Positions 20,663 through 29,260 are shown, counted from the stretch's first letter. The stretch: DNA of 64,000 nucleotides from Bdellovibrionota bacterium (GCA_040754655.1 JBFMCE010000004.1:1740-65739); one strand, 5' to 3'. A program made the numbers and translations. Notes: generated from the letters alone by a model not told the origin.

Positions 20663-21118
20663 ATGAAAGTAAAAGAATGTATGACGGATCAACCCGTCTT
20701 GTGCGGTTCTCTCGACAGTTTGTTTGAGTGCTCAAAGTTGATGTATCAAAAAAACGTCGGATATTTGCTCGTTATAGATGGCGACGACAAGTTCGTGGGC
20801 GTGATCACTGACCGTGATATCGTCTGCGGTTGCATAGCCCAGGGGTTTGATCCGCAAAGTACGCCGGTGACTGAGGTGATGGAACGCCGTTTTTTCACGC
20901 TCAAACCCGATCAAACGATAGATGAGGCTCTTCGCGTGATGAGTGAAAATGGGATTCGAAGGCTCCCGGTAATCGATGAGAACAGGTGCGTAGGTATTTT
21001 GTCTGTCGATGACCTCATCGTGAAAGAGGCGTGTGAGACCAAAGACATCGCGCCTATCTTCAAGCGACAGCTCTCTGAGCCGAGGTTGACACGGTCGACG
21101 GTCGGCGAGGCTGCCTGA
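20663..21118 (+). CDS. CBS domain pair protein
   Basis: GGAGG lies 6 nt upstream of the ATG at 20663. There are two CBS repeats (VGVITDRDIV ... GIRRLPVIDENRCVGILSVDDL). Confidence 0.8.
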   Translation: MKVKECMTDQPVLCGSLDSLFECSKLMYQKNVGYLLVIDGDDKFVGVITDRDIVCGCIAQGFDPQSTPVTEVMERRFFTLKPDQTIDEALRVMSENGIRRLPVIDENRCVGILSVDDLIVKEACETKDIAPIFKRQLSEPRLTRSTVGEAA

Positions 21119-21201
21119 GCGCTTCACATTCAAATCACGCTGCTTAAGACTTGTTTAGTCTGAGTTCGATGGTACCCCTTTCTGTTGGATGAGGGGGTAC
21201 C

Positions 21202-21984
21202 ATGCGAACAACCATTGTTTTCCTTACTGCCACCGTTTTGATCGGTGGTTTCGTTGCGCCATTCCATCTTCGGGCGCAACAAGCGGGCCCGGAGTATCTT
21301 GAGCTTTTGGGAATCGCCCAGCGGGCCTTGCGAGAGAAAAAGCTTCGAAACGTCGTCACGTCGGGCTCGGTTCAACCCGCAAATAGAGTCTCATCGATTT
21401 GGGCGAAACACCGTTTCTATCGAAAGGGTGAAACTTGGGTTGTCGATTTTACGTCTCGCGAAAGCGCGATCATGCGCAAGAGCAATGCGCCGGAAGATCA
21501 GGTTCTCGCGAAACGCAGGCCCTCTGCTTTTATATTCAGCGTCATCGGCGTGGAACCGAACAACAAGATGGCGCGAGTCGAAGTGAGGCAGAAGCTTGAA
21601 AAAGACGATGTGCCTGTCGATCCAAGGATCGATCACCTTGTCTTGCACATCAATGAAATCTTCGTCGTCGTAAAACAAGAAACGCATTTTCGCGATGGCG
21701 CCCCAGCCCATACCGTCGAATCCTCAAGCCTCTCAAACGTTTCAACCGGGTTTTCCGCTTATCCCGTTGATCTTCCGAACATCAACCTTGATGAGGGAAC
21801 GACGATAGCGGAGTTGCCCGAAGAACTTAGAGGAGAGGTTGATCCAAAGCAGGCGCTGGAGTTTCGTTCCACCGATCTCTACGGACGTTCGTTGTCGATG
21901 ATCTGGCGCGAAGGAGATGTTTGGCCTGTTTATGTGAAGAGTCCTACTGGAATCGCAGTACTGAGAACTGAGAGGAGAGACTAA
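21202..21984 (+). CDS. Secreted hypothetical protein, partner A1 of the transglutaminase-elicitor-like cassette
   Basis: Signal peptide (MRTTIVFLTATVLIGGFVAPFHLRAQQ). Its stop lies 1 nt before the next start. The C-terminal block ALEF..D.YGRSLSMIWREGDVWPVYVKSPTGIAVL is shared with the paralogue at 25074-25781. Confidence 0.7.
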   Translation: MRTTIVFLTATVLIGGFVAPFHLRAQQAGPEYLELLGIAQRALREKKLRNVVTSGSVQPANRVSSIWAKHRFYRKGETWVVDFTSRESAIMRKSNAPEDQVLAKRRPSAFIFSVIGVEPNNKMARVEVRQKLEKDDVPVDPRIDHLVLHINEIFVVVKQETHFRDGAPAHTVESSSLSNVSTGFSAYPVDLPNINLDEGTTIAELPEELRGEVDPKQALEFRSTDLYGRSLSMIWREGDVWPVYVKSPTGIAVLRTERRD

Positions 21985-21985
21985 A

Positions 21986-23161
21986 ATGTTCAGCAGAATT
22001 CTCTTCGTATTGTTGGCGACGATTCTTGTCGGGGTTGGATGCGGCAAGAAAAAAGACGAAAAGGCCGGTGAAAACGGCACGCAACCCGCGATGAGCCTTG
22101 ATCTTCAGAGCGGGTCAAATCTTTATGATCTCATGGCGCGTCATTCGAGGGCTGTGGTGAGCCCTCAACCGTGGGCAGGATACTGGTGGCCTTACGTAGG
22201 GCAAGGCATCGCGTCGACTTGGCGAGATGGCAGTGGGATGAGTCCTGCGGATAAATACGACGCCGCCTATAAAATCTTCCTTGAATCGCGGGGAGCAAAC
22301 ACCGCTGAATACAAATCAATGGCGGCCTGGGAAAGAACCAGGCACGGCCCGGGGCTAGCCAACGTCGAGTCATGGTGGGGACACTGCAACGGATGGGCGG
22401 CGGCCTCGTTGATGGTTCCTGAGCCGACGGCGCCCAAGGTCATCAACGGGATTCGTTTTGAGGTCAGAGATCTCAAAGCGATCTTGTCTGAGTCTTGGAT
22501 GGAGTTTTCAGGCGATTTCGTTGGCAATAGGGTGAACGCGCCGGGCGATACGGGAAGCGCCGCTTACTGGGACATTGCCCCAGCTCAGTTTCATTTGCTC
22601 TTGGCTCACAAGGTGGGAAGGCAAAATCGCGGTTTGATCCTCGACCGCCATACTGGTCATGAAATCTGGAACCAACCGCTTGTTGCTTACAAGTTCGAAC
22701 CTATCACTCCGGATGATTACTTGGGTGCTCACCCCTCGTTTCCCGAGATCCACCGAGTCAATGTCACCGCGAAGATCTGGTGGGCAAACGACAACGTCGC
22801 TCCGGACATGACTACAGGCGCCTTCAATATGGAAGAGAGTGAGTTCACTTCAAACCAATATTTCCCACGGCGTGATGCTCCCTTTCATGGGAGAAAACTC
22901 CGTTATGAATTGTGGCTCGATGCTCCCGCCGAGTTTGATGAGGCCGGCAATCTGATCCGCTCAGGCGATATCCTCATCACCGAGGAAGACGGCAGATACG
23001 TCGGGGGAGTTTGGAAAAACGGTTCGCATGGATCGATCAATGCTCATCCTGACTATATGTGGATGCCTCACGGGATACAGCATAGCAGCGGCTACAAGAA
23101 TCCTCGCCTCGATGATGCTTGGGTAAGGGAATATATTGGTACTCCGCATCATGGGAGCTGA
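21986..23161 (+). CDS. Lipoprotein resembling the GP42 / 'transglutaminase elicitor' family (putative Cys-dependent transglutaminase or protease), copy 1
   Basis: Lipobox LVGVGC. Conserved blocks are WAGYWWPY, WWGHCNGWAAAS, LILDRHTGHEIWNQPLVAYKFEP (compare Phytophthora Pep-13, VWNQPVRGFKVYE), HRVNVT, LRYELWLD and HPDYMWMP. The coding status is confident. The family assignment is from memory. Confidence 0.6.
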   Translation: MFSRILFVLLATILVGVGCGKKKDEKAGENGTQPAMSLDLQSGSNLYDLMARHSRAVVSPQPWAGYWWPYVGQGIASTWRDGSGMSPADKYDAAYKIFLESRGANTAEYKSMAAWERTRHGPGLANVESWWGHCNGWAAASLMVPEPTAPKVINGIRFEVRDLKAILSESWMEFSGDFVGNRVNAPGDTGSAAYWDIAPAQFHLLLAHKVGRQNRGLILDRHTGHEIWNQPLVAYKFEPITPDDYLGAHPSFPEIHRVNVTAKIWWANDNVAPDMTTGAFNMEESEFTSNQYFPRRDAPFHGRKLRYELWLDAPAEFDEAGNLIRSGDILITEEDGRYVGGVWKNGSHGSINAHPDYMWMPHGIQHSSGYKNPRLDDAWVREYIGTPHHGS

Positions 23162-23180
23162 AGAGGACTGCTAAAAAAAA

Positions 23181-23285
23181 TAGGGTAACGGATTTCGGTT
23201 CACGACAAACGGGTTCGGTTGACGGTTGACGGATTTCGGAGTTGGTTACCGGTCCCGTGGGATTTGGTCACCGTCGACCGCCCCA
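23181..23285. repeat. Dispersed intergenic repeat family, locus 2
   Basis: GGTAACGGATTTCGGTT, GGGTTCGGTTGACGGTTGACGG and GATTTCGGAGTTGGTTACCGGTC. The last matches 52367-52388 (GATTTCGGAGTCGGTACCGTC). Confidence 0.55.
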
Positions 23286-23345
23286 AGCCCTAGTTCATGA
23301 GTTTCCATTCCCACTTCAACTTGCGTTGGGTATCATCGAGATACG

Positions 23346-24935
23346 ATGATGCTACGGGCGAGAGTTCTTGCGGGGATAACGTTTTCAGCTTTGGTGACTT
23401 CGTTTTCCTTTCCTCCCTACCAGTTTGGGTTGCTCATGCTTGTAGGCTTGGTGCCTTTGTTCGTTGCGTTGGAAAGCGCGCAGACTTTAAGGCAAGCCGC
23501 GTTTCGCGGGTGGTTTTACGGGTTTGTCTCTAATGTTCTGGTGTGCAACTGGTTGGGAAGCGCGATTGAGACCTTTTCAAGCCTTCCCTGGCTTGCAAGC
23601 CAACTAGGAATCGTTCTTGTTTCGATCTTAGAGCAGTCTTCATGGGCAGTGTTCGCGGCGGCTAGGTTTTATGTCAATAAACGTCTCGGCATGCGGCCCC
23701 TGTTTTGGAGCGCGGCTGCCATCATGGCGCTAGATTCGATTTGGCCGAAACTTTTTCCAAACACGATGGGAAACGCTTTCTACAATGTTTCTTGGCTTGC
23801 GCAGGCCGCGGATCTCACTGGGGTCTGGGGTTTGACGGCGGTGATCGTCATTTCAAACGAAGCCTTGGCTCTGGGGTGGCTTTGGTTTGCCAAAGGAAAC
23901 CGCTTCGGTTTGAAGCGCATTGAAATCTTAAAGCATGCGTCGGTTGCGGTTCTTGTTCTCGTGGCAGTCAGTTCGTATGGCATTTACAGGAAAAAACAAA
24001 TCCAGGCCGTTCTTCTGCGGAAACCCGACAAGTCTTTTCCAGTCGCGATAGTGCAACCCAATATCAACGCGGTCGCGCAAATCCGCGGTCAGACCAACAA
24101 AGAGCTGGCGCGAAGCAAGGTCTTGACCGAGATGATTCGGCTGACCAATGCGGCTCTTGTTTTCAATCCGAAACTCGTCGTTTGGCCTGAAACGGCTTAT
24201 CCAGATACCTTTCATGGTGAGTCTCTTACCGAAAGCATCTTGGTGACTCAAACCCTTGACCGGTACCTTCGTGAGAACCAGGTCTCTCTTCTTTTCGGCG
24301 CGCGTGATCAGGTGGGCCATCGCAGGTTCAATGCGTTCATCTTGGCAAGTCCTGATCGGGGTGGCAGTCAACTCATTCGGCAAGTTTATCACAAGACGCA
24401 CCTTCTTGAGTTCGCGGAGCATGTGCCATTTGCCGACTCGTCGCCAGCTCTCGCAGAAACAGCGCGAAGTCTTGGCGCGAGCACGTTCAGCTACGGGGAA
24501 GGCCCCAAGAACCTGAGCCTTGATGGGATAAAGCTCGGGGTGATGATTTGCCTTGAGGGATTGTTTCCCGATTTCGTGAGAAGAACTGTCGCGGGCGGCG
24601 CCGAGATCCTCTTCAATGCCACAAATGACGCTTGGTTCGGCGACACGAGAGAGCCCTCCCTGCATCTTTATCTCACGGCGTTTCGAAGCATCGAGACACG
24701 GCGACCGTTGGTGCGCGCGACCAATACAGGCTATTCCACTGTGATCGGGATAGATGGGCAGCTTCGAATGAAGAGCAAACTTTTCACCGAAGATGTTATT
24801 TTTGACGACGTTCCGCTTTACAGCGGGATCAAAAGCCCATTTGTCTTTTGGGGGAACACACTTCTTCACCTCTCAGCTCTTTGGATGCTCTGGCCTTGGG
24901 CGACCACTTGGCTGCGACGGCGTAAAGCCTGTTGA
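23346..24935 (+). CDS. lnt: Apolipoprotein N-acyltransferase
   Basis: An N-terminal polytopic membrane domain plus a CN-hydrolase domain with VVWPETAYPD, YHKTHLLEFAEHVPF, the catalytic-Cys region VMICLEG, NDAWFG and VRATNTG. Confidence 0.9.
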   Translation: MMLRARVLAGITFSALVTSFSFPPYQFGLLMLVGLVPLFVALESAQTLRQAAFRGWFYGFVSNVLVCNWLGSAIETFSSLPWLASQLGIVLVSILEQSSWAVFAAARFYVNKRLGMRPLFWSAAAIMALDSIWPKLFPNTMGNAFYNVSWLAQAADLTGVWGLTAVIVISNEALALGWLWFAKGNRFGLKRIEILKHASVAVLVLVAVSSYGIYRKKQIQAVLLRKPDKSFPVAIVQPNINAVAQIRGQTNKELARSKVLTEMIRLTNAALVFNPKLVVWPETAYPDTFHGESLTESILVTQTLDRYLRENQVSLLFGARDQVGHRRFNAFILASPDRGGSQLIRQVYHKTHLLEFAEHVPFADSSPALAETARSLGASTFSYGEGPKNLSLDGIKLGVMICLEGLFPDFVRRTVAGGAEILFNATNDAWFGDTREPSLHLYLTAFRSIETRRPLVRATNTGYSTVIGIDGQLRMKSKLFTEDVIFDDVPLYSGIKSPFVFWGNTLLHLSALWMLWPWATTWLRRRKAC

Positions 24936-25073
24936 AGCGGCATTAGCGAAAATCACCTGCGCAGCCGATAGCTGGTTTCTTGCCGGTTGCGCGCTCTGAG
25001 CGCTTGTTATGCCAGTCGTCTTGAGTCTTCCATCTTGAGGCATAAGCTGGGTTTTCAAAGAGAGGGTATATTT

Positions 25074-25781
25074 ATGCCGCCCCGCCTGGTCTTGGGTTTT
25101 CTTTCGGTTCTCGGTTTTTTTTCGATGTTCTCGTTAAAGGCGCAAGAAATGAGCGACCCTCAAGTTTTGAAGGACTTAGAGGTAGCGCAGCGCCATGTTC
25201 TTCAGAAAAAGTCGAAGTTGGCGCGAATCTCAGAGCGTGGTTTGAGAGTCAATGAAGCAATCGCTCTGGATCACGTGCGTTACCAAGAGGGGCAGTCTTG
25301 GCGGCTTGCCGTGGCCTTACCCAAAGTCGATATGGCGAGGAAAGAAGCTTCCCGGTTTGAACCAGCCCCCTCTCACAGCATCAAACTTTATCAGTTCAAT
25401 GTTCTCTCATCTGATCGAGAGCGCGCCAAGGTCGAAGTGAGCGTTCCGGACCGAGATGCTTTTCTGGTCTCGATCGACTCGAAACTCAAGGTGACTCCAG
25501 AGAAGTCAGCTGCGATGCTGGGGTTTGATCTGTTCCCGGTCAGCATTCCGGCGCATTTTGGTGATGAGCTCGCAAGAATCGAAAACAAACCCAAGCTTCC
25601 CGGAATTTTTGATTCTCTACGAGACAAGATCGTTGAAATAGATGAAGGCGCAGCGCTTGAATTCAATGTTGAAGATTCTCTCGGAAGGCCCGTTCATGTC
25701 ATTTGGCAAGAAAACCATCCTTGGCCCGTCTATATGAGCGCACCCACAGGTGTAGCCGTGCTCTTAAAGGAGGATCGGTAA
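25074..25781 (+). CDS. Secreted hypothetical protein, partner A2 (paralogue of 21202-21984)
   Basis: The ATG at 25074 gives a signal peptide (MPPRLVLGFLSVLGFFSMFSLKAQE). The C-terminal block ALEFNVEDSLGRPVHVIWQENHPWPVYMSAPTGVAVL matches A1. Its stop abuts the next start (TAAATG). Confidence 0.7.
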   Translation: MPPRLVLGFLSVLGFFSMFSLKAQEMSDPQVLKDLEVAQRHVLQKKSKLARISERGLRVNEAIALDHVRYQEGQSWRLAVALPKVDMARKEASRFEPAPSHSIKLYQFNVLSSDRERAKVEVSVPDRDAFLVSIDSKLKVTPEKSAAMLGFDLFPVSIPAHFGDELARIENKPKLPGIFDSLRDKIVEIDEGAALEFNVEDSLGRPVHVIWQENHPWPVYMSAPTGVAVLLKEDR

Positions 25782-26879
25782 ATGAAGCGAATTTATCTTT
25801 CATTGGCGATTCTTCTTACTTTGATGATGGCGTCTGGTTGCGGCGACGATGACAACGAACAGACGGGCAACGGCGATTCCGAGGCCGGCGTGCCGTACCC
25901 CGACGTGCCCGATGGCATGACTGCAGGGAACGCGGCTTCAAATAAAAACTTTGCTACTCTGCAGCGCAGGGTCTCATCGGCATCGGTGAGCCCTGCTCCT
26001 TGGGCAGGTTATTGGTGGCCGTACTCAACCAATGGCATCGCAGGTGCGGCTGCAAAGCATGATCTTGCGCGCGGAACTGGAGGCTCACAGTCGTGGGAGG
26101 TCTCAAATCACGGACAGGGTCTTGCGGGAGTTGCGGATTGGTGGGGGCATTGCAATGGCTGGGCAGCTGCGGCTTTGCTGATGCCTGAACCCAAGGGGCC
26201 GAAAACAATAAATGGCGTTGAGTTCAGCATCAGCGATCGCAAGGCGCTGCTCTCAGAGGTTTTCATGGAAGTCACCGGCGATTTCCTCGGCAATCGCGTG
26301 AACAACCCCGGTGATACTTCAAGCGGGGCTTTTCGCGATATCGTGCCGGCGCAATTCTATTTGATGCTCACGAATGTCATTGGTCTTCAGCGACGCGCGT
26401 TCATCATGGACCGTTTCACGGGTGTCGAAGTATGGAACCATCCTGTGGTCGCTTACGCGAATTCCCCGGTTCGGAGCGAAGACTACCTGGGTGTTGACCC
26501 TGAATTTCCGCAAGTGCACCGCGTGAATGTGACAACCCAAATTTGGTGGGTCGAAGACAACGTGGACCCCAACATCGTCACACCCGCTTTTGACCCTTCG
26601 AATCTTGGCTCGGCGTTTAAAAGTCGCACGTTAAGGTATGAGTTGTGGCTTGATGCAGCGCCTCAATTTGATGGCGCTGGAAACCTCGCGGCGGCAGGTG
26701 ATGTTATTCTGGCCAATGACGCGGGCCGCGCTGTCGGAGGAAGCTGGAAAAACGGGGCATTGCCTCTGGTCAATTCTTATCCTGACTATATCTGGATTCC
26801 CACGGGAGCGGCGCGTTCCTCCGGGCACAAAAACCCCCGCATTGATGACGCCTGGATTCGTCAGAATCTCGGTGGTTGA
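25782..26879 (+). CDS. Lipoprotein resembling the GP42 / 'transglutaminase elicitor' family, copy 2
   Basis: Lipobox MMASGC. It has the same conserved blocks as copy 1 (WAGYWWPY, WWGHCNGWAAAA, IMDRFTGVEVWNHPVVAY, HRVNVT, LRYELWLD, YPDYIWIP). Confidence 0.6.
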   Translation: MKRIYLSLAILLTLMMASGCGDDDNEQTGNGDSEAGVPYPDVPDGMTAGNAASNKNFATLQRRVSSASVSPAPWAGYWWPYSTNGIAGAAAKHDLARGTGGSQSWEVSNHGQGLAGVADWWGHCNGWAAAALLMPEPKGPKTINGVEFSISDRKALLSEVFMEVTGDFLGNRVNNPGDTSSGAFRDIVPAQFYLMLTNVIGLQRRAFIMDRFTGVEVWNHPVVAYANSPVRSEDYLGVDPEFPQVHRVNVTTQIWWVEDNVDPNIVTPAFDPSNLGSAFKSRTLRYELWLDAAPQFDGAGNLAAAGDVILANDAGRAVGGSWKNGALPLVNSYPDYIWIPTGAARSSGHKNPRIDDAWIRQNLGG

Positions 26880-26899
26880 TTTCAACCAAATCAATCCCG

Positions 26900-26935
26900 T
26901 TGGCCTCTCGGCGGATCTTTACAATCCGTTCCAAC
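26900..26935. repeat. Dispersed intergenic repeat family, locus 3 (short)
   Basis: ACAATCCGTTCCA at 26921-26933 is identical to 44045-44057. Confidence 0.45.
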
Positions 26936-26983
26936 TGATGTGATCTCTCGAAGTCGATCGGTTCGTTCTATTTTGGGGGGATC

Positions 26984-27619
26984 ATGTTCAAAACAATGCT
27001 ATTGGCTCTGCTCTTCGGGATTCCCGTTTCTTCTTTGGCGCTGAATTCGCGTCAGCTTGCTGCGGAAGACTCTCTGGGGCGGTTTCGCAACACTTATTAT
27101 TATGTTGTCCGTGAGCAAGACTACGAGCATCTACCCAAAAACGATGTCCTGCTCGCACCTGAGGGAGAAGTGCTTGCGCGAGTGAGCAAGGCTTTTCGCG
27201 AGGCGCTGGATATCGAGGGCACAGGACGGCTGATTGATGGGCGATTGGTGAATTTCGCGCGGCTAAAGGCAGGTCGCATCCGGTATATCGTGACGACTTC
27301 ACCTTTTGGTTTGGGCGTGGGGAATTGCGAGCTTCGTCCGTTTAGGACGGTCGCAGTCGATCCCAAAACCATCCCGTTGGGCGCAACGGTGCGCATCGCC
27401 GAAACCGTAGGAATGGTTCTGCCGAACGGCGAGATTCACGACGGCATTTGGCATGCGGAAGATCGTGGAGGAGCGATTCGCGGTGATCGTATCGATCTTT
27501 TCGTCGGAGAAGGGGATCAAGGCAGCGTCCTCAAGTCGGTGGGCATCAAGACGCTCAAACCCTTGACCGTTTTTCTTATAGAGAACCCCCGGGCATCCTC
27601 ATGCGTGAACAAACGTTGA
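26984..27619 (+). CDS. Secreted 3D-domain protein (MltA-like lytic transglycosylase C-terminal domain)
   Basis: Signal peptide plus a 3D-domain signature (AVDPKTIPLGATVRI ... EDRGGAIRGDRIDLFVG). Confidence 0.7.
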   Translation: MFKTMLLALLFGIPVSSLALNSRQLAAEDSLGRFRNTYYYVVREQDYEHLPKNDVLLAPEGEVLARVSKAFREALDIEGTGRLIDGRLVNFARLKAGRIRYIVTTSPFGLGVGNCELRPFRTVAVDPKTIPLGATVRIAETVGMVLPNGEIHDGIWHAEDRGGAIRGDRIDLFVGEGDQGSVLKSVGIKTLKPLTVFLIENPRASSCVNKR

Positions 27620-28323
27620 ACTCTTCGAACTCCCAAGATCGGGATCAGAGCCATGCGCGGGCGGGCTTCTTGCCCGCTTCGGTTCGAATCGCTAAAGCGA
27701 GGGCGCGAGAATTTAGCGAGATCCGTAGAATTTGCTGTGAAACGGGAAACGCCGGAGCACCGATTGCGAAAGAACGCTGGGACTTCTTTGGCGATTTGTG
27801 GATCGGTCCGTATGAAAAACTCTTGCCGCAGTGGACTTACGTGGCCAGCGTAGAAGATCAGATTCTGGGGTACCTCACGGGATGCCCGTCTACCGCGCAG
27901 TTCGAGTCAAGAAAACGCCTAAAAATCTTTCCTCTGCTTTGGATGGGGATATTGCGGCGAAGTTACCGGAAAACTTCCGATACCCGGCGCTTTTTAAAGC
28001 GCTCGCTGGGCCTTTCGAAATCACCGGAGCGCTGCTTTTCGGGAGGATTCTTGAAGATGCTCTATGTCCGGTATCCAGCGCATCTGCACATCAATATTGA
28101 TTCCAGAGTGAGAGGGCGAAATTTAGGTAGATCGCTCGTGGAAGGGTTTCTCCGCGACTTGAAACGCGAGGAAGTTTCTGGCGTGCATGTTTTTTGCGGG
28201 GATCAGGCTCGGGGGTTTTATCGCTCATTGGGCTTTCAGGAATTGAAGCGGATCTCTTACCGTACCGATTCACGCGCGGGTGCGACGCCAGTTTACGCGA
28301 TGGGACGGTTGTTGAGGGCGTAA
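27601..28323 (+). CDS. GNAT family N-acetyltransferase
   Basis: Acetyl-CoA binding motif region VRGRNLGRSLVEGFL and a C-terminal FYRSLGFQEL. It overlaps the preceding gene by 19 nt. Confidence 0.65.
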   Translation: MREQTLNSSNSQDRDQSHARAGFLPASVRIAKARAREFSEIRRICCETGNAGAPIAKERWDFFGDLWIGPYEKLLPQWTYVASVEDQILGYLTGCPSTAQFESRKRLKIFPLLWMGILRRSYRKTSDTRRFLKRSLGLSKSPERCFSGGFLKMLYVRYPAHLHINIDSRVRGRNLGRSLVEGFLRDLKREEVSGVHVFCGDQARGFYRSLGFQELKRISYRTDSRAGATPVYAMGRLLRA

Positions 28324-28353
28324 TCTTCACGTCGCCTGATGACCGAGTCATGC

Positions 28354-28761
28354 TCATTCCGGCCGTAAAACCAGCGGATAGCGGATAGCCCGGGATTTAC
28401 GATCTACAGGCGCGGGAAAAGTGATTTTCTTCAGTCTCTTCAAGACGCAGCTGTAAAGATCAGGATCGGGAGCGCTCATCTGATCAATCTGGGCCTTGAT
28501 GACTTTTCCTTCAGGATCGATTTGAAATTTCAATTGGATGTTCTGGGTGGTGCCCGTCTGAATGCTAACGCTGTCACGGGCGCACGACACGAACTTTTCA
28601 GCGTTGCCCTGCATAGTTCTTCCTACCGGACCTTCGGTAGGAGATTCGCCCATCGAGGCGTCGGGCACTTCCCCAATGCCGGCGCAGCCCAAAAGAGCCT
28701 GGCTTGCGCCGACAAGAGTCAATAAAAGAAAGATCAAAAGCAACGGATTGCGGGCAGGCAT
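28354..28761 (-). CDS. Lipoprotein with a TonB-C / AgmX-PglI-like C-terminal domain
   Basis: The internal ATG gives a lipoprotein signal (MPARNPLLLIFLLLTLVGASQALLGC). The C-terminal pattern LKFQIDPEGKVIKAQI...LYSCVLKRLKKITFPAP resembles the TonB_C-like fold. Confidence 0.45.
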   Translation of the reverse strand: MPARNPLLLIFLLLTLVGASQALLGCAGIGEVPDASMGESPTEGPVGRTMQGNAEKFVSCARDSVSIQTGTTQNIQLKFQIDPEGKVIKAQIDQMSAPDPDLYSCVLKRLKKITFPAPVDRKSRAIRYPLVLRPE

Positions 28762-28837
28762 GCAAATAAAAGAGGTTTGACGGGACGTCATGAACTGATC
28801 TTACCATTACCATTTGCTTGCTTGAAGCATTAAGCAT

Positions 28838-29260
28838 GTGAGTTGCATATCTGGTGTGCAGCATATGCTTGCCTATCGAACGCTTGCCCAGAGTCTGCAA
28901 CAAAAGTTTGATCTCCCGCTCGAAGCGAGTTTGGTGAACTTGAGTACGGTCATGAAGTCGCTCGCCCACGAACTGACGCCAGGCGAAGTACGCGTGCTTC
29001 GAATGAATGTGGCGTCTGAGCTGCATCAAGTGATGTTGGAAGGGCACCCTCGAGGTTCGCACCGCCTTGAGCGCATGATAGAAACGGTGAGCTCTCTTCT
29101 TGAAATTCCCTTTGAAGATGCAAGAAATCGGATTTTGGCGGTGCTCGGGACGCTGCGCGACTCGACTTCACCTTGGGACAACATCAAATATATTGAGCTT
29201 CTTGACCGGTTGCATGCCGAAGTGTTGGCCGTACGCTCGCACCAGACGGAAGTTGCTTGA
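28838..29260 (+). CDS. Hypothetical protein (possibly DUF2267-like)
   Basis: 140-aa ORF. It is helical with a two-part repeat character. The start is uncertain (ATG at 28864 also possible) and the motif support is weak. Confidence 0.4.
   Translation: MSCISGVQHMLAYRTLAQSLQQKFDLPLEASLVNLSTVMKSLAHELTPGEVRVLRMNVASELHQVMLEGHPRGSHRLERMIETVSSLLEIPFEDARNRILAVLGTLRDSTSPWDNIKYIELLDRLHAEVLAVRSHQTEVA

Noticed and set aside
23928-24869. 313-aa ORF on the minus strand
   Set aside because: It lies entirely antisense to lnt, whose plus-strand translation carries every CN-hydrolase/Lnt motif. The antisense translation is low-complexity, R/K/C-rich and has no motif. I treat it as a shadow ORF.
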